DNA of 64,000 nucleotides from an uncultured delta proteobacterium (GTDB lineage Bacteria; Desulfobacterota; Syntrophia; Syntrophales; UBA5619): positions 128,001 to 192,000 of the forward strand of contig CAWFOM010000006.1 of the NCBI GenBank assembly GCA_963817385.1. Direction: 5' to 3'. Below are positions 21,059 through 29,794 of the stretch, one piece after another. The translations under genes were made by a program, and so were the position numbers. The notes beneath the pieces are model-generated. The model did not search any database. It had not been told where the DNA came from and saw nothing but the letters and a program-made list of their open reading frames with translations. The first letter of the stretch is position 1, and each line of letters begins with the position of its first letter.

Positions 21059-21182
21059 CAAATCCTCCCGCAGAAAACCCCGTCCTGTGGACGGGGATGA
21101 ATGCGGTGCAGGGGTAACGGGGGATGCAATCCCCCTCATCCAGTTTTTTAAGATGCCCCGCCCTGTGGGCGGAGTAATTCAC
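21059..21182 (+). mobile_element. Miniature non-autonomous IS200/IS605-like element (PATE-like)
   Basis: Preceded by TTTAT; left hairpin CCCCGTCC-TGT-GGACGGGG, right hairpin GCCCCGCCC-TGT-GGGCGGAGT; ends in TTCAC; no ORF. Confidence 0.65.
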
Positions 21183-21235
21183 TGCGTTGGGCCAGCTTTG
21201 GGGTCACGTTCCGATTCAGAATTTGAAGTTTTTGC

Positions 21236-21466
21236 CTATCCTCCCAATACGGCCTTGAGTAGTTCCGGAGTAACAGCAACCCCCCCGATGCCAAAACTCC
21301 CGAAGTCTACCTCCTCGATAATACACCATGTATGCGGCTGAAGTTTCTCTTTCGGAACCGGACGAGCCTCAATTTCTGCGACAACCTCCGTGACCCTTGC
21401 AATCATCTCCTTCTTCTTCTCATCTGACAGGGTGCCTTTAAGGACTTTAATGTTGATGAATGGCAT
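21236..21466 (-). CDS. 4-oxalocrotonate tautomerase family protein
   Basis: M-P-FINIKV (catalytic Pro1), SDEKKKEMI, IEEV..FGIGG; AGGAGG RBS. Confidence 0.9.
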   Translation of the reverse strand: MPFINIKVLKGTLSDEKKKEMIARVTEVVAEIEARPVPKEKLQPHTWCIIEEVDFGSFGIGGVAVTPELLKAVLGG

Positions 21467-21670
21467 GGCTATTCCTCCTTGGAATTTGTTAGAGACCGGG
21501 ACAATAATTACCGGCCAAAGCAGTGGTTCTCCGTCTGTAGAGGGGCAGTGTTTCGAACTGACGTCATTGACAGCACCGCCCCTCTCCAGAATCGTTGGCA
21601 CCTTCCTTCTCTTGAGCTCTATCTTATTCCATATCGCTCGTCATTATGATCATCCGGAGGATTGGCCATA

Positions 21671-21970
21671 TTATGCCAATCCGATCATCTTAAGCGCCTC
21701 CGTCGCCTCTTGCCATGTACCGATGGTATATGTATAGCCCGGCACGCCGATGTAGTTTGCATAGTAATTACTGATATATTCATTGGCTTCTGCCATTTTT
21801 GATGGGTCAGACTCGAATATCGATATTGCCTTAATGCCCACCCCTAATTCACTATTGAAATATGGACCTTTCTTGGTAATGTATGGAGGCAGCGGCGGCA
21901 AATCTTTAAAACGCTTGCCCATCTCTTTTGAGCTTTCCGTGGGGAAAGATACCATCCCTATGGCAACCAT
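21671..21970 (-). CDS. Hypothetical protein (99 aa)
   Basis: GGAGG RBS, clean ORF, plausible composition; no motif recognised. Confidence 0.75.
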   Translation of the reverse strand: MVAIGMVSFPTESSKEMGKRFKDLPPLPPYITKKGPYFNSELGVGIKAISIFESDPSKMAEANEYISNYYANYIGVPGYTYTIGTWQEATEALKMIGLA

Positions 21971-22049
21971 TTTTTTACCTCCTTCTTTTTAAAGGCAGGT
22001 GAATGCCCGAATTAGTTTCATATGAAAATAGATATCCTGAGTATCGTAA

Positions 22050-22150
22050 AGGCTAGCCCCCACAAAGGTATGGTAACCTCCATGGAAGCCGAAATATCGG
22101 CACTTTCCGGTAACTCCTTCTCATGGTGACCTCCTATGAGGTTAGGGGTA
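22050..22150 (-). promoter_or_regulatory. Leader-peptide/hairpin element, copy A (uORF 22124-22053, MRRSYRKVPIFRLPWRLPYLCGG)
   Basis: GGAGG RBS + ATG; colinear similarity to 55745-55855; 15-bp stem including GU pairs. Confidence 0.6.
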
Positions 22151-22277
22151 AAATATTTGGTAACGATAACCGGACAAGAAAGAAATTGAGATTTGGCTAT
22201 CTTCAATTCATTGAAGATGCGCGTTAGGCCATATGGAGATCAGCGGGAACTCAACCGTGGATTCATGGGGAGATAAA

Positions 22278-22392
22278 TAAAAAACCTCCAAGAGAGTTAT
22301 AGGACTCCCTGAGAGGCTTCACATGATCATTTTTTGGTAACCCCACCTTCTCATTTTACTCTCCGGAAGGCCAAAGGTTAGGTTGATGGGTT
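22278..22392 (-). promoter_or_regulatory. Leader-peptide/terminator element, copy C (uORF 22354-22319, MRRWGYQKMIM)
   Basis: Shares AACCCATCAACCTA, CCTTCYGGAG and TGAAGCCTC..GGAGG-T-run with copy B. Confidence 0.6.
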
Positions 22393-22610
22393 ACAGGGGG
22401 ATAACATCGGGTTGCGTTCACTTACAATATAGCAAATATCAAAAACCATAATATGTCAATATACATTTATATAATATGGGTAATGCATCTATTTCACTTT
22501 ATAAATAAATTTGTTAGTATTAAAGATATTTTTCCATATCCTGCACAAGAAGCGCTTTTCACTGATATGCTAACTCCATTGTTCATAATTTGATTTTCAA
22601 TAGAGGAACC

Positions 22611-23435
22611 ATGATACATTCAAGAAACACAAGCCCATACTTACTGATCGTTTCCCTGGTAATTGTCTGTCTCTTACTGATAATCATGACGTCATCCACA
22701 CATGCCGGTCAGGTTTATACATGGATAGATGAAAAAGGGATTACACACATCAGCGATATACCACCGGATAACGCTGCCAATAAGATAAAAAAACGCTCAT
22801 ACAAAGCGAAACAACTTCAAAATCAGCAACGATCATCATATACAGGTCATTTTCATAAACGAACCGATGAAAAAGGGAATGCATACATCACTGATCGGCC
22901 ACCGGATAACCCCGTCAATGCGATAAAAAAACGCTCATACAAAACGGAACAACATCAGAATCAGCAAGGATCATCCCCCACGGCAGGTCTTAATCGTGAA
23001 AACCCGATCCCGTTGGGTGTCAGCGCACTAATGAGCGATGGCTTTGAGATGACCGTGGTTTCTTTCGATGGAGATGCATGGCCGAAGGTTCGTGCAGAAA
23101 ATCAGTTCAACAAGCCGCCGGCTTCTGACAAACGCATGCTTATGATACGTATACGTATTAAAAATGCTAATGCATCAAAGGAACCTGCAGTGTGGCTATC
23201 GAATAAAATTGCCTTGGTAGGTTCAAATAATGGAACATGGGAGACTTTTTATTCTGAATCCAGTTGCGGGGTTATTCCGGACAAATTTTACCTGGCAGAA
23301 CTTTATAGGGGTGGAAAAAAAGAAGGTAATATATGTTTTCGGATACCAAAGGATGAAACAAATCTGCTTTTACGATATGAGGAAAATTTGTCACTTAGCA
23401 AGACAGAATATAAATACTACGTTGCAGGAAGATAA
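22611..23435 (+). CDS. Exported protein with two DUF4124-like N-terminal repeats and a C-terminal DUF4352-like beta-sandwich domain
   Basis: Signal/TM segment; YTWIDEKGITHISDIPP repeated with a 138-bp period; GGKKEGNICFRIP motif; AT-rich. Confidence 0.65.
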   Translation: MIHSRNTSPYLLIVSLVIVCLLLIIMTSSTHAGQVYTWIDEKGITHISDIPPDNAANKIKKRSYKAKQLQNQQRSSYTGHFHKRTDEKGNAYITDRPPDNPVNAIKKRSYKTEQHQNQQGSSPTAGLNRENPIPLGVSALMSDGFEMTVVSFDGDAWPKVRAENQFNKPPASDKRMLMIRIRIKNANASKEPAVWLSNKIALVGSNNGTWETFYSESSCGVIPDKFYLAELYRGGKKEGNICFRIPKDETNLLLRYEENLSLSKTEYKYYVAGR

Positions 23436-23584
23436 GGATTTTATATCCTGAACTAACTGATAATGAGACGTTCATAGGGGGAAAATATATTTCCTTACGG
23501 GGCTTCCTTTTTCTCGCTCTTCTTGATTGCCCTCCAACCGGCATATGCCGTCTCCCTTGCCGAAGATACACCGGTCAAGGTCAT

Positions 23585-23654
23585 AAAAGGGGTAGCAAAT
23601 AGGTTAGTAACGATAAATAGAGGGGTTAACCGTAACTGGCTAACCCCTCTATTT
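23585..23654 (-). repeat. Hairpin plus GGGTAGCAA-type direct repeats next to the tRNA fragment (att/arm-site-like)
   Basis: AAATAGAGGGGTTA/TAACCCCTCTATTT inverted repeat; GGGTAGCAA..GGTTAGTAA; same layout as 24125-24188. Confidence 0.55.
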
Positions 23655-23657
23655 TAC

Positions 23658-23702
23658 TGGAGCCGATGAGCAGGATCGAACTGCTGACCTGCTGATTACG
23701 AA
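23658..23702 (-). pseudogene. 3' half of tRNA-Thr(CGT), att-like remnant
   Basis: Reverse complement TTCGTAATCAGCAGGTCAGCAGTTCGATCCTGCTCATCGGCTCCA runs from anticodon loop to CCA; D-arm and 5' acceptor strand absent. Confidence 0.85.
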
Positions 23703-23836
23703 CAGGCTTTACACGGCATAGTCGATTCTATTGTGAGACCCTTAATACGAGATAAATATCACACGGGGAATGTGAGGCAGATCACGTAGTATGCCTTAGT
23801 TACTGTTGACAATTCAATGACCTATCTTCATCCTAT

Positions 23837-24030
23837 AGGCAAACGAAATCATATAAGCTTGGCCACATCGGGCGAAGGCTGATGGCTGTTTCTCCCGAAA
23901 TCAGCATTTGCCTTGTCGACTGTGGGAACGGGCACGATCAGTCGACAGTAAAACGACCAAAAGGAAAGAATAGAAGTTTTTCCACTCCTGAATAAGGGGG
24001 AAGTTCTCAGAACTTCCCCCTTATTTTTAT
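23837..24030 (+). ncRNA. Candidate structured small RNA (unassigned)
   Basis: TTGACA-17-CATCCT upstream, three stems, strong terminator downstream. Confidence 0.4.
23991..24030 (+). terminator. Intrinsic terminator, possibly bidirectional
   Basis: Perfect 17-bp inverted repeat AATAAGGGGGAAGTTCT-C-AGAACTTCCCCCTTATT followed by Ts. Confidence 0.7.
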
Positions 24031-24124
24031 ATCAATTATGCCGGGTAAGGTCGTGTTCCTTTCTCATTTCAATATTGTACAGGACCGATGAAAAAATCAT
24101 CATCGATGATCACGAACAATGGCT

Positions 24125-24188
24125 AAAAAGGGTAGCAATAGGGTAGCAATAAGAAAAAGGGGCTACAGAAATTAATCTGTAACCCCTT
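24125..24188 (-). repeat. Hairpin plus tandem GGGTAGCAA repeats downstream of tRNA-Phe
   Basis: GGGTAGCAA at 24130 and 24141; AAGGGGCTACAGA/TCTGTAACCCCTT stem. Confidence 0.55.
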
Positions 24189-24196
24189 GATTTCTA

Positions 24197-24272
<76 letters not shown>

Positions 24273-24359
24273 GCACTCCGGCGAAGTTTCTGCCGAAATG
24301 GAACGTTTTTCTATAAAATATACCCCCGTTTGTCAAGGCATATTTAAGACGAATATCGT

Positions 24360-25056
24360 TCATTCAACCGCGGCCGGGAAGATCCTCCGGCGCGCTGCTT
24401 GCGGGTCCGGGGCATCCTGACCCGCCGGGGATGAGGCGGCGGATGTTCCCTCGGGGCTGTCGGTGTTCGGTGCGGGAACAACCGGCGGGGGAAGCAGGCC
24501 GGCACTCCCGATATCCATTGAATCTTTCGCGGTTGATGGGGAATCCGGGGACGGATACACCGTTGCATCAGGTGAGGATCGCTCGTCCGGTTCATTTTCC
24601 GCACGGACGACGAGGGTGGCGGCGATCTTGTCGTGCCATCCCTGTTTCCTCCCGTCGATGGCGATCCAGAGATAGCCGAGCCAGAGGAAGAGTCCGGAGA
24701 TCAGGGAGCCCACCCAGCGGAGGAAGGCGACGCCGAAGGTCATTTTTTCGCCCGAGGCCTGGATGACGCGGAGCCCCAGGAGCCATCTTCCCCGGCGTCT
24801 GGCCCACGCTGCCGTGGAACCAGGTGAAGTAGATCATGTCGGTGATGAACATCGTGACGGTGTAAACGACGACGAAGAGACCCATCCCGCGCGGGAGATT
24901 GCCGGTCGCCATGATGCGGCTGAGCGACATGCCGCCGAACCCCAGGGCGAGGATACCGACCATCAGCAGGAACAGCGAGACGAGATAGAGGATGATTTTG
25001 TCGATGAGACACGCGAGATACCGCCGCCAGAAACCGCCGTACCGCCTGTCCGTCAT
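24360..25056 (-). CDS. RDD family membrane protein (apparent frameshift near 24780)
   Basis: YGGFWRRYLACLID, GQTPGKM and RKQGWHDKIAAT split over two frames; Pro-rich tail. Confidence 0.85.
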
Positions 25057-25823
25057 AACGATCTCCCGGTATCGGTGCCGCCGAGAGCGCCGCGTTCATA
25101 CTGGAGGATGGCAAGCACCGCCAGCGCCGCCGTCTCCACGCGAAGCACCCGCTTTCCCAGGCTGACGGAGAGGAAACCCGCTCCGCGCGCCCGGTCGATT
25201 TCGTCTTTGCCGAAGCCCCCCTCCGGCCCGATGACCAGGTGGATGTTTTTCATCCCGTCGTACTTCGGATCCCGGAGGACCTCGCGGATCCCCAGGCCCG
25301 ACTCCTCCTCCCAGGGGATCAGTTTCATCTCTGCGTTTTGGGCGGAGTCGAGCATTTCGGCGAACGACGCGATCCCCCCGATCTCGGGGATGTCGGTCCT
25401 GCCGGACTGGCGGGCGGCCTCGATGGCGATCTTCTGCCAGCGCTCCCGCTTCTGCGGCCACTTTGCCGCCGGCCAGCGGGGGATCGAGCGCTCCGCCAGG
25501 AAAGGGATGATCCGCCCGACGCCGAGTTCCGTGGCATGCCGGATGATCCCGTCCATCTTTTCCGCCTTGGGAATGGCCTGACAGAGGGTTATCTCGATCC
25601 CGCCGGCGGGCATGGCGCGCCTGCCCGTGATCTCGACGGCCATCCCTTCCGCCGCCTGGCGGATGACCGCCTCATACTCCCACGGAGTCCCGTTGAAGAC
25701 GAGGAGAGGTTCGCCCTCCCGCATCCGGAGGACGGTCCCGAGGTAGCGCGCCTGTTCCGCCGTCACGGCGCAGGTGTCGCCCGTCTCGAGGGGTTGCGGG
25801 AGGTAGATCCGGGGGATGGTCAT
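25053..25823 (-). CDS. rsmE: 16S rRNA m3U1498 methyltransferase
   Basis: ATELGV, EAARQSGR, IGPEGGF and LGKRVLRVETA motifs. Confidence 0.95.
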   Translation of the reverse strand: MTIPRIYLPQPLETGDTCAVTAEQARYLGTVLRMREGEPLLVFNGTPWEYEAVIRQAAEGMAVEITGRRAMPAGGIEITLCQAIPKAEKMDGIIRHATELGVGRIIPFLAERSIPRWPAAKWPQKRERWQKIAIEAARQSGRTDIPEIGGIASFAEMLDSAQNAEMKLIPWEEESGLGIREVLRDPKYDGMKNIHLVIGPEGGFGKDEIDRARGAGFLSVSLGKRVLRVETAALAVLAILQYERGALGGTDTGRSL

Positions 25824-26781
25824 GGTCGTCGGCCCTCGTTCTTCAGGACATAACAGACCCATTCCTTTTCGGTGATGAGGCGGTGGAGGGAAAAGGCGTT
25901 GCCGAGGAAATGGGCCTCGATGTCCGGTCTGTTCTGTTCGATGATCCCCGAGATGACGAGGTAGCCGCCGGGGCTGATGAGGCGGACGAGCGATGGGGCG
26001 GAGCTCGATCAGGATCTTCGCCGTCAGGTTCGCCACGATCAGCTCAAAGTGTTCTTCGAGTGCGGCGATGTCACGGTCGGCGATCGAGACGCGGTCCTCG
26101 ACCTGGTTGACCAGGACATTTTCCCGGGCGATCTCCGTCGCCTTCGGGTCATTGTCCACGCAGAGGACCCGCTCGGCGTCGAGCTTCGCGCAGGCGATGC
26201 CGAGGATGCCCGTTCCCGTCCCGACGTCCAGGACGTTCCATTTCTCGAAGGTCCGGTCCTTCAGGAGGATCTCTTCGATGGCCTCGAGGCACATCCGCGT
26301 GGAGGCATGCTGGCCGGTGCCGAAGGCCATGCCGGGGTCGATTTCGATGACGATGTCCCGGGCCGTCGGGGCGAACCGCTCCCAGGTGGGTTTGATGACG
26401 ATGTTCCGGCTCACCCGGAAGGGCTTGAAATACTTCTTCCACGCCTCGCCCCAGTCGGGGTCGTGGATCGCCTCCGTCTGGAAGGTCGGTTTCTCCATCT
26501 CCGGGAAGATCTCCGCCAGGCTGTCGACGTAGGTCCGAAGAGCCGCGAGCCTCTGTTCCAGACGGACGTCGAAGGGGAGAAAGGCCTTCAGTGTCTCCCG
26601 GGCGGAGGGCTCGGGGAAGCCGGTCGGTCGATTGCGGCTCCGGGAATTCCTGAAAGGCCCCCTGGGCGCCGATCTCCGTCAGGAAATTGGTCAGGGCGTC
26701 GATCATCTCAACCGGGGCGAGAAGCTCGATCTTCAGCCAGTCCTCCTTCCTCTCTCCCGCTTTGCCAAGCGTCTCCGGCAT
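25820..26781 (-). CDS. prmA: Ribosomal protein L11 methyltransferase (two apparent frameshifts)
   Basis: WKKYFKP, IDPGMAFGTGQHAST, LDVGTGTGIL and IVANL motifs; frame changes near 26620 and 25990. Confidence 0.9.
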
Positions 26782-26961
26782 GATCCGCGTCACCTTTCTT
26801 CCCGTTGTTTTGTGGTACGGTTATATCCCGGGAGAGATATTTTTTCAAGCGGCTTGAATTTTCGGGGGCTTCATGGTAGCCTCGGGGCGCGTTCCGGGGG
26901 GCGTTCACTATGGATTCGGCGCCCCGGTGCACAAGGGAGCGGAAATCGGAAAGGAACGGCG

Positions 26962-27612
26962 GTGCGGTACTATCCCCTTTTCCTCGACATTGCCCGGCGG
27001 CGCTGCGTCGTCGTCGGCGGCGGGAACGTTGCCGAACGGAAGGTCGGCAGGCTCCTCGCCTGCGGCGCCTCCGTGGAGGTGGTCGGAAAGCATCTGACGC
27101 CGGCGCTTGCGGCGCTCAAGAGGGAAGGGGCGATCGTCCACCACGCGGCCGACTATCATGAGGATCAGCTCCGCGGCGCTTTTCTCGTTATCGGCGCGAC
27201 GGACAGCGATGCCGTCAATGAGCGGATTGCCCGCGACGCCCGGGCGCGGGGAATTCCGGTGAACATCGTGGACGATCCCGCCCGGTGCGACTTCATCCTC
27301 CCGTCCGTGGTCGAGCGGGGGGATCTTGCGATCGCCGTCTCCACCGGCGGCAGGAGCCCCGCGCTGGCCAAGAAACTCAGGACCGAGCTGGAGAGCGCCT
27401 ACGGTCCCGAGTACGCCGTGCTGGTTGCAATCCTGGGGGAGCTCCGGGAGAAGGTGATCGCCGGGGGACGCCCCTCCGCCGAGAATCGGGCGGTCTTCGA
27501 GGCTGTTGTTTCTTCGGATATCCTGGATCACATCCGCGCCGGGCGATGGAAACGGGTGGAGGAGCTGATCCGGGAGCTGACGGGCGTAGAAATGGAGGTA
27601 AGACCGCGATGA
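26962..27612 (+). CDS. Precorrin-2 dehydrogenase/sirohydrochlorin ferrochelatase (SirC/Met8-like)
   Basis: YYPLFLD, VVGGGNVAERK, VNIVDDP and ISTGGRSP-like motifs. Confidence 0.92.
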   Translation: MRYYPLFLDIARRRCVVVGGGNVAERKVGRLLACGASVEVVGKHLTPALAALKREGAIVHHAADYHEDQLRGAFLVIGATDSDAVNERIARDARARGIPVNIVDDPARCDFILPSVVERGDLAIAVSTGGRSPALAKKLRTELESAYGPEYAVLVAILGELREKVIAGGRPSAENRAVFEAVVSSDILDHIRAGRWKRVEELIRELTGVEMEVRPR

Positions 27613-28427
27613 TGGGAATCGTTCTGTTCAAGACGGCCCTGGCCGTCTATCTGGCCTGCGCGGTGGTCTACGGGGCCTCGCTCTGGGTGAGGAGGGTCCT
27701 GACGGCGCGGTTTGCCACGTGGCTGATGCTCGCGGCGCTCATCATCCACACCCTCTCGTTTGCCTCCCGCTGGATCACCGCCGGCGTGAGCCCGGTCATC
27801 GGCATCCATGACGCCCTCTCCTTTTTCGCCTGGGTCATGGCGGCGGCGTATCTCGCCCTGCAGTTGAAGACCAAAACCCGGGTCCTTGGCGCGTTCATCT
27901 CGCCCGTCATCTGCCTGATCATGGTCGTCGCCTCCGTGGAACTGGGAGGGGCGGTCGGCGCACCGGCCGTCCTGCAGGGCTCGTTGGTTACGCTCCATGT
28001 CATGCTCTCGGTAACGGGCGAGGCCCTGTTCGCCGTGGCCTCCTGCGCCGGTCTCATGTATCTGATTCAGGATAACATGATCAAGCAAAAGAAGGCGGGG
28101 AGCCTGATCCGCCTCTTCCCGTCCTTGCGCGATCTGGACAGGATCAACCACCTCTGTCTCGTCTGGGGGTTTCCTCTCTTGACGCTCGGAATCCTGGCCG
28201 GTTCACTCTGGGCGCGGATCGTGTGGGGGAGCCATTGGCAGTGGGATTCCAAGCAGATCTGGACGCTTCTGGCCTGGGTTTTCTACGGCTTCCTCCTCCA
28301 TCAGCGGCTGGTCATCGGGTGGCAGGGCCGCAAGGCGGCCCTCTGGTCGCTGATGGTGTTTGCGTTCCTTGCCATCCTGCTGATCTTCGGGAAGCTGTTC
28401 TTCTCGTCGGTCCATCAATTCGTGTGA
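27609..28427 (+). CDS. ccsA: Cytochrome c assembly protein (CcsA/HemX-like)
   Basis: GSLWARIVWGSHWQWDSKQ WWD-like motif, multiple TM segments, upstream of hemA. Confidence 0.8.
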   Translation: MMGIVLFKTALAVYLACAVVYGASLWVRRVLTARFATWLMLAALIIHTLSFASRWITAGVSPVIGIHDALSFFAWVMAAAYLALQLKTKTRVLGAFISPVICLIMVVASVELGGAVGAPAVLQGSLVTLHVMLSVTGEALFAVASCAGLMYLIQDNMIKQKKAGSLIRLFPSLRDLDRINHLCLVWGFPLLTLGILAGSLWARIVWGSHWQWDSKQIWTLLAWVFYGFLLHQRLVIGWQGRKAALWSLMVFAFLAILLIFGKLFFSSVHQFV

Positions 28428-28431
28428 ATCT

Positions 28432-29695
28432 ATGCAACTTGTCCTCATCGGCATGAACCATAAGTCGGCCCCTCTCGATATCCGGGAGCGGCTGCAGCTC
28501 TCCTGCGGGGAAGGTGCACACCAGCCTCTCCCGGAGCTGATGCACCTGGCGGAGATCCGGGAGGCGCTCTACCTTTCCACCTGCAACCGGGTCGAGGTCC
28601 TCGCCCGCGTCGCGGACGGGGAGGGGGCCGTCGCTGGGTTGAAGTCCTTTATCTATGGCCAGGGGAACCTCAGTGTCGCCGAGCTGGAGCGATGCCTTTA
28701 CATCTACCGGGATCTGGAGGCGGTCCGCCATCTGTTCCGCGTGACGTCGAGCCTCGATTCCATGATCATGGGCGAACCGCAGATCCTGGGGCAGATGAAG
28801 GAAGCCTACCGCATGGCGGTCGATAACCGGACGACGGGGATCCTCCTCAACCGACTCTCCCACCACGCCTTTCAGGTGGCCAAGCGGGTTCGGACGGAGA
28901 CGGGGATCGCCGGCAACGCCGTATCCGTCAGTTACGCGGCGGTGGAGCTCGCGAAAAAGATCTTCGGCGATCTGAAAGGGAAAACGATCCTCCTGATCGG
29001 CGCCGGGGAGATGTCGGAGCTGGCCGCCCGCCACCTCATCCGCCAGGGGGTGGGCACGATCCACATCGCCAACCGGACCTATGTCCGGGCCGAGGAGATG
29101 GCCGCGGAGTTCCAGGGGGTTCCCGTCGCCTTCGACAAGTTTCCCGAGCTCCTGCCGGAGGTGGATATCGTCATCGCCTCCACCGGCGCTCCGGGTTATA
29201 TCATGAACGCGGAGATGGTGGCCACGGCGCTCGGGCGGAGGCGGAGACCGCCTGCTGTTTCTGATCGACATCGCCGTCCCCCGGGACATCGATCCCGCGG
29301 CGGGCGACATCGAAAACGTCTACCTCTACAATATCGACCACCTCCAGGATGTGGTCGATACCAATCGGGAAGTGCGAAGGGCGGAGGCGATGAAGGCGGA
29401 AGAGATCATCGCGGAGGAGGTTGCGGCCTTCGAGAAGTGGTACAATGCCCTGGAGGTTGTTCCCACGATCGTATCGCTGCGCGGGAAGATGGAGGGGATC
29501 GTCAAGGGGGAGCTGGAGAGATCCTCCCCGTGGATGAAGAACTTGGGCGAGGAGGAGCGAAATCGGGTCGAGATCCTGGTCGCCTCCATCGTCAACAAGA
29601 TCCTCCATGACCCCATGACCGGTCTCAAGGAGGAGAGCGGGGATAAGGACGCACTGCCGTTCGTGGCGGTCATCCGGAGACTGTTCAATCTGTGA
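28432..29695 (+). CDS. hemA: Glutamyl-tRNA reductase (apparent frameshift near 29250)
   Basis: LSTCNRVE, SSLDSMIMGEPQILGQ, GAGEM and DIAVPRD motifs. Confidence 0.95.
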
Positions 29696-29794
29696 TTCTG
29701 TCGTCAGGGCGACGCACCGTGCCCGGAAAAAGAGGAGAGCTTCCGACGGCGCCATCGGCTTTATAAGAATAGTGTCAACAGACAGGAGGACGAC

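Noticed and set aside
22218..22250. attC-like GCGTTAGGC (also GCCAAACGTTCAGC near 55217-55235)
   Set aside because: Only half-sites, with no complementary RYYYAAC/L-box partner and no integron integrase
23837..23913. c-di-GMP-I riboswitch or hammerhead ribozyme (GGCAAAC, CTGATG..GAAA)
   Set aside because: No GAAA-loop P2 stem or GACGCAAA/CTAA receptor; the hammerhead core would need CUGAnGA and a stem II, which are absent
25053..26498. Apparent PrmA-RsmE fusion ORF (481 aa)
   Set aside because: Artefact of the indel near 25990; prmA's own stop overlaps the rsmE ATG at 25820-25823
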